From Myxococcales bacterium (GTDB lineage Bacteria > Myxococcota_A > Polyangia > Polyangiales > DASUME01): DNA of 64,000 nucleotides. Location: NCBI GenBank assembly GCA_047601445.1, contig JASGJH010000001.1, positions 3,392,001 through 3,456,000 on the forward strand, given 5' to 3'. Below, in pieces: positions 1 through 9,432 of the stretch (the stretch's first letter is position 1; the number at the start of each line of letters is the position of its first letter). The notes beneath the pieces were generated by a model, which searched no databases, was not told the origin of the DNA, and saw nothing but the letters and a program-made list of their open reading frames with translations. Made by a program: the position numbers and the translations under genes.

Positions 1-36
1 GACGGTCACCCGGCGCAGGATAGCAAGAGTGTACGC

Positions 37-939
37 TCAGGGCCCGCGGCTGGCCGACCGAGCCTGAGCCTGCTCCAGGCGCAGGGAAGCGACGCGCTCG
101 CAAGCGAGGGTCACGCCCGCACCGCAGGCTTTGCCGAAGAGCTCCGCTGCCCGGACCGGATCCCGCTTGAGGGCGTCCCCCAGCTGCATGCATGCCTCTC
201 CGTCACTGGCCTTGCAGGCCAGCTCGAGCAGCGCGTGCTCGCGCTCGGGCGTGAAGGTCTCGTGACTGCGCTCCAGCTCGACCAAACTGCGACAGGCATT
301 GCCGCGTCCGCCCTCACAGGCGCGCTCCAAGTAGTGGGCACTCTCGGCGAAATGCGCAGGGTCACTCGAAATGCGACGCCCGTAGAAGTCGCAGGCCTCG
401 AGGTCACCGCGGTGACACGCCTGGGTCAGCAGCTCGAGGGCGCGGAACGTGTCTTGTCCCTCCTCGAGCAACAGCTTGGCCAACACGGTGCAGCCTACCG
501 CGTCTCCGCCGTCACAGGATTCCTCGAAGAGCACCCGGCCGCGCGCCTCGTCGCGCTCGATACCGAGACCACGGTAGTACAGGGAGCCCAGTCCGCGACA
601 GGCGGGGGCGTAGCCCTCTTCGCAGGCGTAGCGGTAGAGCTCCGCCGAGTAGCTGGCGCCGGAGTTACCCCGCGTCTCGAGGTCACGTCCTGCCGCGACG
701 CAGTCATCCAGGTGACCGGCCACACAGCGCCGCTCGGCCCGCACGGGCATGCACTGGTTCTTGGACGGCACGTACTCGCTGCCCACTTCGCAACAGCTAC
801 CCTGGGACATCCACTGCCCGGTGGGACAGTGCGGCACCGCTTCGGCGCTCTGGGCGGCGCCGAGCCCGAGGCTCAAGGCGGTCGCCGATAGGATGTTTCT
901 AACGAGTGTGTTGGAACCGGGCTTGGGGGCTGCTGTCAT
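37..939 (-). CDS. Secreted Cys-rich Sel1-like repeat protein
   Basis: Signal-peptide-like N-terminus (…AAQSAEA), then repeated ACxxG…ACxxLG units typical of HcpA-type Sel1 repeats. Confidence 0.8.
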   Translation of the reverse strand: MTAAPKPGSNTLVRNILSATALSLGLGAAQSAEAVPHCPTGQWMSQGSCCEVGSEYVPSKNQCMPVRAERRCVAGHLDDCVAAGRDLETRGNSGASYSAELYRYACEEGYAPACRGLGSLYYRGLGIERDEARGRVLFEESCDGGDAVGCTVLAKLLLEEGQDTFRALELLTQACHRGDLEACDFYGRRISSDPAHFAESAHYLERACEGGRGNACRSLVELERSHETFTPEREHALLELACKASDGEACMQLGDALKRDPVRAAELFGKACGAGVTLACERVASLRLEQAQARSASRGP

Positions 940-1185
940 GGGTGGGGCTTCGACTCTTTCCTGGTTTCGCTACGACTACCGCGGCACGCGTTCCGAACGC
1001 CCCACACACGCGTGCCACCAGGACGAGGCGGGGATCGAGTCCCAGATTGCCGCTGAAAACCCGCTTCTCGCAAGGGCTGACCGCGATTTTGGTGGGATGG
1101 CGTGGGCCGCGGGACCTCGCGTCGATCACCGTGTGGGCGCTTCCCCACTTGCACACGCAGCGCGAGGCGCGCACCCTGCTGCAAC

Positions 1186-2076
1186 ATGAACTTTCCGCAT
1201 CTCGCCTACGGCACGCCGCGCAAACTGCCGAAGCCTCAAGCTTTGCGCGGGCGCGTGGTGGTGCTGGACATCGCGTTTGCGGCGCAGGGAGCGGGGGGCG
1301 CCAGCTTCGAGCGCACCACCAAACCGTTCATCGACGGACTCGGTGATCGGCTGGCGATGTGGGTCGACCATCACGACCACGCCAAGCACGCGCTGTACGC
1401 CGACGATGCGCGCTTCGTGCTGCGCACCAAGGCACAGCACGGCGCATGTCCAGAGATGGTTACGCCGAGCCTCGTGAAGCAGGTTGGCGCCATCGATACC
1501 ATCTGCTGCCACACCGACTTCGACGGCCTGTGTGCAGCAGCCAAATGGATTCGTCTCGGCGAAGAGCCCTACCCCGGCGCGGACGCGGATGCCCACGCCA
1601 TCGATACCCGGCTGGGAACTCCGTCGGAGCTCGCCGAGACCATCGACCGCGCGCTGCGCGGGCGGCCCACCGACGAGGGCCTGCGCGGGTTGATCGTGCG
1701 GTTCCTGGCCGAAGGAGCATCCGATAAGGGGCTGTTCGGTCCCATTGAGGACGCCGCCACGGTGTTCCGCAGCCACGAGGAAGAAGCGCGTCGGCTGGCG
1801 CTGCAATACGAGGTGATCGGGGACGTCGCGCTGGTGAACGCCAGCGACGCGCGCGTGCACTACGACAAGACGCTGCTGCTGCTGCTGGGGCAGGAGCGCG
1901 CCACCATTTCCATCGTGTACGACCGCACCACGGTGACCGCTGCCGCACGCTTCGACAGCGGCGTAGACCTGCTGGCGAAGCTGGGACTTGAAGGCGGAAT
2001 GCCTACACGCGTGAGTGTACCTGTGGGAAAGCTCGCGTTTGTGCTCGAGCGGCTCGGTGTGAAACGGCCGAGCTAG
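1186..2076 (+). CDS. DHH-family phosphoesterase-like protein
   Basis: ATG at 1186 within ORF 1102..2076; motifs VVLD, WVDHHDH and HTDFDG. Confidence 0.6.
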   Translation: MNFPHLAYGTPRKLPKPQALRGRVVVLDIAFAAQGAGGASFERTTKPFIDGLGDRLAMWVDHHDHAKHALYADDARFVLRTKAQHGACPEMVTPSLVKQVGAIDTICCHTDFDGLCAAAKWIRLGEEPYPGADADAHAIDTRLGTPSELAETIDRALRGRPTDEGLRGLIVRFLAEGASDKGLFGPIEDAATVFRSHEEEARRLALQYEVIGDVALVNASDARVHYDKTLLLLLGQERATISIVYDRTTVTAAARFDSGVDLLAKLGLEGGMPTRVSVPVGKLAFVLERLGVKRPS

Positions 2077-2135
2077 GGCGCGCCAACCGCGATTCTCGAG
2101 CAGATCTGCCAGCGGTTGCCGGGCTATACTGGGCC

Positions 2136-3239
2136 ATGGCACTACCTCTTTCGTTCTTCGAACGTCTCCCCAAGACCGACCTCCACGTCCACCTCGACGG
2201 GTCGCTGCGCGTGAGCACGATCCTCGAGCTCGCGGAAGAACAGGGCGTCAAGCTCCCCGCGGAGACGCCCGAGGAACTCCTCAAAGCCATGAACTGCGGC
2301 ATTCGCACCGGTTCGTTGGTGGAGTACCTCAAGGCCTTCGACGTCACCTTGCGCGTGCTGCAGACCGAGCAGGCGCTGTCGCGCGTGGCCTACGAGCTGT
2401 GTGAAGACGCGGCCAACGAGAACGTGCGCTACATGGAGATCCGCTACGCCCCCATGTTGCACACCAAGCTAGACCTGCGCTTGACGGCCGTGGTCGAGGC
2501 CGTGCTCTCGGGCATCGCGCGCGCACGCGAGGAGCTCGGCGTGCACGCCAAGGTCATCATCTGCGGCATCCGCAACATCTCGCCGGAGTCGTCGCTCGAG
2601 ATGGCGCGCCTGGCGGTGGCCTACAAGAACCGCGGCGTGGTGGGGTTCGACCTGGCAGGCGCCGAGTACGACCACCCACCGAAGCATCACCGGGATGCGT
2701 TCGAGCTCATCCGCAAGAACAACATCAACTGCACCATCCACGCGGGCGAAGCTTTCGGGCCCGAGTCCATCGCCCAGGCCATCCACGTGTGCGGCGCCCA
2801 TCGCATCGGACACGGCTGTCGACTCTGGGAAAACGGCGACTTGTTGGCGTACGTGAACGACCATCGCATCCCGCTCGAGTGCTGTCCTTCGTCGAACGTG
2901 CAGACGGGCGCGGTGCCCGAGTTGGGCCGCCATCCCATCAAGCTCTATCACGACCTCGGTTTGCGGGTGACCGTGAACACCGACAACCGCCTGATCACGG
3001 ACACCTCGGTGTCACGTGAGTTGTGGCTCTGCCATACCCAGCTGGGGCTCTCGCTCAGCGACATCAAGCACATCGTGCTGAACGGCTTCAAGGCGGCCTT
3101 CTTGCCCTTCCACCAGCGTCAAGACTACGTGCGGCGCATCGCGGAGGAGCTCGACCGCTTCCACGACGATGGCAGTATCTCGCACCCCGACATGGACAGC
3201 CTGGTCCCGCGCTCTTCCCTCCACCCGGCCACCGTGTAA
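2136..3239 (+). CDS. add: Adenosine deaminase
   Basis: LPKTDLHVHLDGS, GFDLAG, TIHAGE, RIGHG, CPSSN and NTDN motifs. Confidence 0.92.
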   Translation: MALPLSFFERLPKTDLHVHLDGSLRVSTILELAEEQGVKLPAETPEELLKAMNCGIRTGSLVEYLKAFDVTLRVLQTEQALSRVAYELCEDAANENVRYMEIRYAPMLHTKLDLRLTAVVEAVLSGIARAREELGVHAKVIICGIRNISPESSLEMARLAVAYKNRGVVGFDLAGAEYDHPPKHHRDAFELIRKNNINCTIHAGEAFGPESIAQAIHVCGAHRIGHGCRLWENGDLLAYVNDHRIPLECCPSSNVQTGAVPELGRHPIKLYHDLGLRVTVNTDNRLITDTSVSRELWLCHTQLGLSLSDIKHIVLNGFKAAFLPFHQRQDYVRRIAEELDRFHDDGSISHPDMDSLVPRSSLHPATV

Positions 3240-3284
3240 CCTTGCCCGATGCGCGCCGAACCGTGTGAGGCGCAGCAACCCGGC

Positions 3285-4067
3285 ATGTTCGATAGTCACT
3301 GCCACCTCGACGACGACGCCTTCGACGCTGACCGCGGCGAGGTCCTGGCGCGCGCGCGAAGCGCGGGGCTGACGGGCATCGTGGTGCCGGGCTACGAGCC
3401 TGCGGAGTGGGCCGACCTGGCGCACTTCTGCGAGCAGGATCCGCTGCTGTGTTGCGGCGTGGGCCTGCATCCCTGGTATGTGCCTACTTTGGAGGCCGGG
3501 GCCCTCGAGGCGGCCCTGCAGGAACTCCCTGCCAGCGCGGCGCGAGCCCGCGCGGTGGCGATCGGCGAGTGTGGTCTCGATGGCGCCAAGGCGCGCCGTG
3601 GTGGGGCCAGCATGGAGCTGCAAAAGCGCGTCCTCGAGCGGCACCTCGACGTGGCGAGCGCGCTCGCGCTGCCCGTGATTTTGCACTGCGTCGATGCGCA
3701 CGGCGCACTGCTCGAGTTGCTCGAGCGACGCGGCCCGCTCACGCGAGGCGGCGTGATGCACAGCTACAGCGGGCCCGCCGATCTCATCGCGCGCTATGCG
3801 CGGCTCGGGCTCTACTTCAGCTTCGCCGGCGTGGTGAGCCACGAAAACGCCAAGCGCCCCCGCAAAGCCCTGTGCGGCGTCCCGCTGTCTCGCCTGCTGG
3901 TGGAGAGCGATGGCCCAGATCAGGCGGCCGAGGGCGCGGGGAGCCGACGCTCGGAGCCTGCGCACATTGTCCGCCTGCTCGACATCTACGCGAATCTACG
4001 CACGGAATCGCGCGCCGACCTGGGTCAGGCCTGTGCCGACAACGGAGCCGCACTCTTCGCGCGCTGA
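3285..4067 (+). CDS. tatD: TatD-family nuclease
   Basis: MFDSHCHL start, GLHPW, IGECGLD, VILHC, MHSYSG and ESDGP motifs. Confidence 0.9.
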   Translation: MFDSHCHLDDDAFDADRGEVLARARSAGLTGIVVPGYEPAEWADLAHFCEQDPLLCCGVGLHPWYVPTLEAGALEAALQELPASAARARAVAIGECGLDGAKARRGGASMELQKRVLERHLDVASALALPVILHCVDAHGALLELLERRGPLTRGGVMHSYSGPADLIARYARLGLYFSFAGVVSHENAKRPRKALCGVPLSRLLVESDGPDQAAEGAGSRRSEPAHIVRLLDIYANLRTESRADLGQACADNGAALFAR

Positions 4068-4086
4068 GCTGCTACCTTGGGGCCCC

Positions 4087-4968
4087 ATGTCGATGGACCT
4101 ACCTGCCCGCGACCCGCTCGTGCCCCAGGAGTCGAGGGAGACCTCGTCGTCGGGCGGCGGTCTAGATCGCGAGACCGTCTACCGGACGCACCGGCGCTTC
4201 GACCGGGCCGCGCGTCTCTTCACCGAGCCGGGGCTCGCGCGCTTGATGGACGCCCGGGTGGTGATCTTCGGGCTGGGCGGCGTGGGCTCCTTCGCCGCCG
4301 AGGCGCTCTCGCGCAGCGCCGTGGGCAACCTGGTGCTGGTGGACTTCGACGAGATCTGTGTGACCAACGTCAACCGCCAGCTGCACGCGCTCAAGGGCAA
4401 CGTGGGCAAGGCCAAGGTCGACGTGATGGCGGAGCGTCTGCGCTTGATCCACCCGACCGGCAACGTGGACCCCGTGCCCACTTTCTACAACGCCGAGACC
4501 AGCGACCAACTGCTCGACGGGCGCATCGACTACGTGGTGGACGCCATCGACAACATCACGGCCAAGGTGCACTTGCTGGCCACCTGCATCCGGCGCGGCA
4601 TTCCGGTGGTGTCTTCGATGGGCGCGGCGGCCCGGCTCGATCCCACCCGCGTGCGCACGGCGCCTCTCGGAGAGACCTACAAGGACCCCTTCGCGCGCAA
4701 CGTGCGCAAGCTCCTGCGTCAGAAGCATGGCGTGGAGGCTGAGCAGGGCCTCGAGGGCGTGACCGCTGTGTTCAGCGACGAGGAACCCACCGTGCCGAGC
4801 GAGGTCCACTACGACCACGGCCAGGGCTTCCGCTGCGTGTGCCCCAACGGCGACAATGGCCTGCACAGCTGCGAGAAGCGCAGCCGCATCGAAGGCAGCG
4901 CGGCCTTCGTGGTGGGGACCTTTGGCCTCACCTGCGCCAGCGTCGTGGTGCGTCAGCTGATCAAGTAA
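4087..4968 (+). CDS. tcdA: tRNA threonylcarbamoyladenosine dehydratase (ThiF/E1-like)
   Basis: GLGGVGS, DFDEICVTNVNRQ, VVDAID, SSMGAA, DPFARNVRK and GSAAFV motifs. Confidence 0.85.
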   Translation: MSMDLPARDPLVPQESRETSSSGGGLDRETVYRTHRRFDRAARLFTEPGLARLMDARVVIFGLGGVGSFAAEALSRSAVGNLVLVDFDEICVTNVNRQLHALKGNVGKAKVDVMAERLRLIHPTGNVDPVPTFYNAETSDQLLDGRIDYVVDAIDNITAKVHLLATCIRRGIPVVSSMGAAARLDPTRVRTAPLGETYKDPFARNVRKLLRQKHGVEAEQGLEGVTAVFSDEEPTVPSEVHYDHGQGFRCVCPNGDNGLHSCEKRSRIEGSAAFVVGTFGLTCASVVVRQLIK

Positions 4969-4997
4969 GGACTGCTCAGCCGCGCGACACTTGGCTC

Positions 4998-5056
4998 GCG
5001 AAGCGAACCTCGCGGTCGGGCGGGCCCCGGGGCGGGGAGGTCGCGTGAACTCCCCG
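4998..5056 (-). repeat. Single copy of a two-part REP-like element (palindrome A + motif B)
   Basis: Minus strand reads CGGGGAGTTCACGCGACCTCCCCG-linker-ACCGCGAGGTTCGCTTCGC, matching both unit types of the array at 40153-40526; lies between convergent genes. Confidence 0.85.
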
Positions 5057-5060
5057 AAAA

Positions 5061-5612
5061 TTAACGCCGCATGGTGCCCCGGTCGGCGGTGGTCACGTAG
5101 GTGCCGCGCGGCCAGTGGCGGAAATAGGACACGTCGAGCACGGGGCCGCCGTCGTCGGCGTACTCTCCCGTCGGGTGCCCGTAGACCTTGAGCAGAGACC
5201 CGACCGCGACGTGATCGGGGCCCTTCTTCTCTTCGGGCTTGAGCATGAGGTCTCCGTCGAAGGAGCCCAGATCGCGCTCGGCGATCGTGAGTCGGCAGGA
5301 GGACGAGCTCTGCTCCGAGCACAGGTGGCGCTCGTGATGGGCGTGCAGTTCCATGGAGACGCGGGTCTTGCCGTTGCCCAAATCGCGTAGGCCACGTACC
5401 ACGCCGAACCAGCCGATCTCCGTTGTTTGGAAGCCATTCGGGTCGCGTTTGACGTCCTCCAAGGGCACCGCCTGGGCCGACAGATAGTGAGCCTTCTCCG
5501 CGCGCAGCGGCTCGTAGCTGCGGGCAAAGTTGTAGTTGTTGGCACCGCCGCAAGCGGCGCAGGCGAGGGACCAGGAGAGGAGGGACCAGAAACGGAGTTG
5601 GCGCGTCGACAC
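5061..5612 (-). CDS. Lipoprotein, possibly Slp-family
   Basis: Lipobox-like ACAAC; the pattern GWFGVV…GSLLKVYG…GGPVLDV…RHW resembles Slp/YeaY lipoproteins. Confidence 0.55.
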   Translation of the reverse strand: MSTRQLRFWSLLSWSLACAACGGANNYNFARSYEPLRAEKAHYLSAQAVPLEDVKRDPNGFQTTEIGWFGVVRGLRDLGNGKTRVSMELHAHHERHLCSEQSSSSCRLTIAERDLGSFDGDLMLKPEEKKGPDHVAVGSLLKVYGHPTGEYADDGGPVLDVSYFRHWPRGTYVTTADRGTMRR

Positions 5613-5677
5613 GCTTGCCCTTGTACCATAGAGTGCGGCGCGCGAAGCCCCTCAAGGGCTCGCGGGGAGATGTCTAG

Positions 5678-7153
5678 ATGCCTTCGTCCGCTCGACCGGG
5701 ATTGGCCTTCGACGAGCCGCTGATTTTCGAACGCGGGACCCAAGGTCGGACCGGAGCCAGCCTGCCCGAGGCCGACGTGCCCGAGGTCGACATGGGAGCC
5801 CTGCTGGGTGCCCAGTACCGCAGCGAGCCCACGCCGCTCCCCGAGGTCAGCGAGCCCGAGGCCTTCCGGCATTTCGTGCGCCTGAGCCAGCAGAACTTCG
5901 CGATCGATCTGGGCATGTACCCGCTGGGTTCCTGCACCATGAAGTACAACCCCAAGATCAACGAGTGGGCCGCCCGCTTGAACGGCTTCGCGCGCCTCCA
6001 CCCCTACGCGCCCGAGGCCATGCTGCAGGGCGCGCTGGAGCTGATGTACCGGCTCGAGCGTGGGCTCGCCGAGGTGTGCGGCATGGACCGCGTCTCGCTG
6101 CAGCCCGCGGCGGGTGCCCAGGGCGAGCTCGCGGGTCTGATGATGATCCGCGCCCACCACACGGCCCAGGGCCGCAGCCCGCGCAAGGTGCTCATCCCGG
6201 ACACCGCCCACGGCACCAACCCTGCTTCCTGCGCCCTCAATGGCTTCGAGGCCGTGTCGTTCCCCGGCAGTGAGGGCGGCACCGTGGTTGCCGAGACCCT
6301 CGCCAGCTACATCGACGACGACGTCGCGGCGGTGATGATCACCAACCCGAACACCGTGGGCCTGTTCGAGAGCGACCTGCCGAAGATCGCGCAGATGGTT
6401 CACGACAAGGGCGGCCTGGTGTACGGCGACGGCGCCAACCTCAACGCGCTGATGGGCCGCGCACGCCCGGGCGATCTCGGCATCGACGTGATGCAGTTCA
6501 ACCTGCACAAGACGTTCACCACGCCGCACGGCGGTGGCGGTCCGGGCTGCGGTCCCGTGGCGTACAAGAACGTGCTCGCGCCGTACGCTCCCACGCCCAC
6601 CGTCGAGCGCCGCGACGACAACACCTACTATCTCGACTACGCGCGTCCCAAGAGCGTGGGCCGCCTGCGCACGTTCTACGGCAACTTCGGCATGATGGTG
6701 CGCGCTTACACCTATCTGCGCGAGATGGGCGCCGAGGGGCTCAAGCAAGCCACCGACCTCGCCGTGCTCAACGCCAACTACCTGCGAGCTTGTCTGGCCG
6801 AGCAATGGCACGTGGCCTACGACCGCTCCTGCATGCACGAAGTGGTGATCTCCGACAAGCTGCTCAAGGCAAGCGGTGTCACCACGCTGGACGTGGCCAA
6901 GCGCCTGCTCGACTACGGCTTCCACCCGCCCACCGTGTACTTCCCCCTGGTGGTCAAGGGCGCCATGCTCATCGAGCCCACCGAGACCGAGACCAAGCAG
7001 ACGCTGGACGAGTTCGTGGATGCCCTTGCGAGCATCAAGCGCGAGTCTCAGGAAGACCCGGAGATGGTGAAGGCCGCGCCCCACCTCACACGGCTACGCC
7101 GGCTGGACGAGACCCGCGCCGCGCGCAAGCCCGTGCTGCGCTGGACGCCCTGA
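5678..7153 (+). CDS. gcvPB: Glycine dehydrogenase (decarboxylating) subunit 2
   Basis: YPLGSCTMKYNP, AHGTNPAS, YGDGAN, PLP-lysine motif NLHKTFTTPHGGGGPG and IEPTETE; 491 aa fits the split P2 subunit. Confidence 0.95.
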   Translation: MPSSARPGLAFDEPLIFERGTQGRTGASLPEADVPEVDMGALLGAQYRSEPTPLPEVSEPEAFRHFVRLSQQNFAIDLGMYPLGSCTMKYNPKINEWAARLNGFARLHPYAPEAMLQGALELMYRLERGLAEVCGMDRVSLQPAAGAQGELAGLMMIRAHHTAQGRSPRKVLIPDTAHGTNPASCALNGFEAVSFPGSEGGTVVAETLASYIDDDVAAVMITNPNTVGLFESDLPKIAQMVHDKGGLVYGDGANLNALMGRARPGDLGIDVMQFNLHKTFTTPHGGGGPGCGPVAYKNVLAPYAPTPTVERRDDNTYYLDYARPKSVGRLRTFYGNFGMMVRAYTYLREMGAEGLKQATDLAVLNANYLRACLAEQWHVAYDRSCMHEVVISDKLLKASGVTTLDVAKRLLDYGFHPPTVYFPLVVKGAMLIEPTETETKQTLDEFVDALASIKRESQEDPEMVKAAPHLTRLRRLDETRAARKPVLRWTP

Positions 7154-7198
7154 TCGCGCTGAACACCCGCAATCAGGCCCGACGCGTTGGCGGCGGAG

Positions 7199-8359
7199 CT
7201 ACTCGCAGGGCGTGACCCCGAGTGCCTTCGGGCAAGCATCAGGGTTACCGTCGAGGGCCTTGCTCGCCTGCAATACTCGGCATTCGAGCGTGTCGCCCTT
7301 GGCGCCGGCCACACTGTAGCCTCCCGAGAACGGCAGGGCCTTGCACTGGCTGATGCAAGTCCCCATGGCATCGCTGCCGGCGAAGTGCTCGGCGAATCCC
7401 TGCGTGCAGCCGGTCTGAGCGAGCCCACAGTAGACCTCGCACGGATCGCCGCAGGGCTGAGCGGCGATGGGGCCCGCGCTGGGGCAGCTGGTGGCGTCCA
7501 CCAGAGATGCGTAGCCGCGCCAGCGGCGGCATGCGACCGAGTTCCCGGTGACCTGCTTGGCCAAGCCAGACGGCAGGGCGTTGCACACCGCCATGCACTG
7601 CGATCGGCTCCCGTACAGCGCGCGATCGCCCGTGCACGCGACGCCGACCAGCTTGCAGTAGTCGCCGCAGTCCGGCTCGGTGTCGGGGCCGAGATCGCAG
7701 CTCACTGCGTCCGAAGGATCGGGCACCAGGGCGGCGTGGCCACAGTGTGTGTCGGGATCCGTGAAAGAAGCCACCGAGAGATGCGCGAGGCGACACTGGA
7801 TGGTGTCCGGGAAGGTCATGAAGTCCTGCTCGGCGTTCACCACCTCGTTGTCGTGCAGCGCGCTGCACTGGCGCTCGCATTCCGCGCGATCCAGGTCTGG
7901 CTGACACACCGCCTGGAACAGCGAACAGTACCCCTGGCAGTTGGTGCCGCAGTTCTTCACCGAGCCCGGCGCGCCGCCCCCGGGTCCCGCGGCGGGGCAA
8001 TAGGCGGGGATCTCGAACGGCACGTTCTTGAGCGTTGCGGCCTGCTCGGCGCGCGCCTTTCGACACGCCAACGTGTTCTGGTTGGACTCGGGATCGGCGT
8101 GCAGATCGAAGTGTTGGCAGACCGCCAGACAAATGGCGTGGGAACCTCCGAAGTCAGGCAAGTCGACGAAGGTGTCGTTGTCGCCCGAACAGGCATCGAT
8201 GACGTCGTCACAATAGGTTTGGCAGGCGGAGCTCGGCTGCACGACGCCGCCCGTGCCCGCGTCATCGTCGAGGGTGCGACCGTCCAGGCCGATCAGCTTT
8301 TGACAGCCGAGCACCCCGAACGCGCACGAGAGCCCCAAAACTGCGTGGGAAAGACGCAT
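7199..8359 (-). CDS. Cys-rich repeat lipoprotein (four ~85-aa, 8-Cys repeats)
   Basis: Start MRLSHAVLGLSCAFGVLGC (lipobox) overlaps the upstream stop (TGATG); four repeats of CxxYC…C…C…C…[ND][TS]xxCR…C…C. Confidence 0.75.
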   Translation of the reverse strand: MRLSHAVLGLSCAFGVLGCQKLIGLDGRTLDDDAGTGGVVQPSSACQTYCDDVIDACSGDNDTFVDLPDFGGSHAICLAVCQHFDLHADPESNQNTLACRKARAEQAATLKNVPFEIPAYCPAAGPGGGAPGSVKNCGTNCQGYCSLFQAVCQPDLDRAECERQCSALHDNEVVNAEQDFMTFPDTIQCRLAHLSVASFTDPDTHCGHAALVPDPSDAVSCDLGPDTEPDCGDYCKLVGVACTGDRALYGSRSQCMAVCNALPSGLAKQVTGNSVACRRWRGYASLVDATSCPSAGPIAAQPCGDPCEVYCGLAQTGCTQGFAEHFAGSDAMGTCISQCKALPFSGGYSVAGAKGDTLECRVLQASKALDGNPDACPKALGVTPCE

Positions 8360-9372
8360 CAGAATACTCCTCCTAGATCGAGGCCCGCGAAGGCTGGTGA
8401 GAGCGCCGGCCGCAGACTCAAGCGCCGCGGCTTGGGCGCCGTGAAAAAGAGCACCGCGCCGGCCGCCACGAGCACGCCGCCCGCGATGAAGGCGCCATTC
8501 GAGATGCGCGCGGCGTCGTTGGCCTGATCGCTCAGTCGTATGCCGCGCGGCGTGCAGCGATCGTGGGGGCAATCCGCCTCCGCGTCGTTGTTCTTCATGA
8601 TGGCCTTGATGCCGAAGCCGCCGCCGAGGGCCAGACCGACTACACCGGCTGCTCCGAGCGCGACGCCCACGGCTCGCTGCACCGTGCCGTCGCGTGTACC
8701 GTCCCGTTCGCTGACTGCCGGCGCGCCACCGACCTGGAGTCGGCCCTGGGCCGTCTGTGGTGCGTCGCTCGCAGGCAGCACACTCACGGGCGGCGCACTC
8801 AGGGGCGGCACGGAGATGCGCTCGCGAGCTCCGTTGTCCGGCACGTGCACGCTGGTCGACCAGGCGTTGCGCCCTGGCGCGCGCGCGTCGATACGCTGGG
8901 GGCCCGGATCGACGGGAATCGGGATGCCCCACAACCCCGGGGCCACCAGCGTACCGTTGCGGGAGATCTCGAGCCCCTCCGTGCTGCTGCCCGCGGGGAC
9001 CTCCAGCGTGAGCGTCGACAGATTGCGCTCGAGCTTGTCGGCCCGCTTGCGCCCGGCGTCGGCACGCTCGGCCTGTCCGGCCGCTGCCGCCTGCGACGAA
9101 GCCTCACGAAACATGGCCCATGCGCTCGCCGTGCGACCAAGGCGCTCGTAGCACTCGGCGAGGTAGAGCATGGTACCGATGCCGTGCTCGATGGCCTGGC
9201 TCTGCTCCAACCGTGTGCAGGCCTCGGCGAAGTTGCCCTCGCGCATCAGCGCGAGCCCACGGTCGAACAGCGCCTCGGCCGCGGCTTTGTCGGCCGCTTG
9301 TGTTTGGGCCCACGCACTCGAGCTCGAGACCACGAGGGACATGACGCAAGCACACAGCCAACGCAGATTCAT
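8359..9372 (-). CDS. TPR + PEGA-like domain protein
   Basis: Signal peptide, TPR (AEALFDRGLALM…YLAECYERLG), PEGA-like IPVDPGPQRIDARAPG, and C-terminal hydrophobic segments. Confidence 0.8.
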   Translation of the reverse strand: MNLRWLCACVMSLVVSSSSAWAQTQAADKAAAEALFDRGLALMREGNFAEACTRLEQSQAIEHGIGTMLYLAECYERLGRTASAWAMFREASSQAAAAGQAERADAGRKRADKLERNLSTLTLEVPAGSSTEGLEISRNGTLVAPGLWGIPIPVDPGPQRIDARAPGRNAWSTSVHVPDNGARERISVPPLSAPPVSVLPASDAPQTAQGRLQVGGAPAVSERDGTRDGTVQRAVGVALGAAGVVGLALGGGFGIKAIMKNNDAEADCPHDRCTPRGIRLSDQANDAARISNGAFIAGGVLVAAGAVLFFTAPKPRRLSLRPALSPAFAGLDLGGVF

Positions 9373-9432
9373 GGGTCACTCCGCTTGCAACGCGCGCAGA
9401 CGGCGCGCTCTTGGGGTTCTGCTGGCGTCAGC

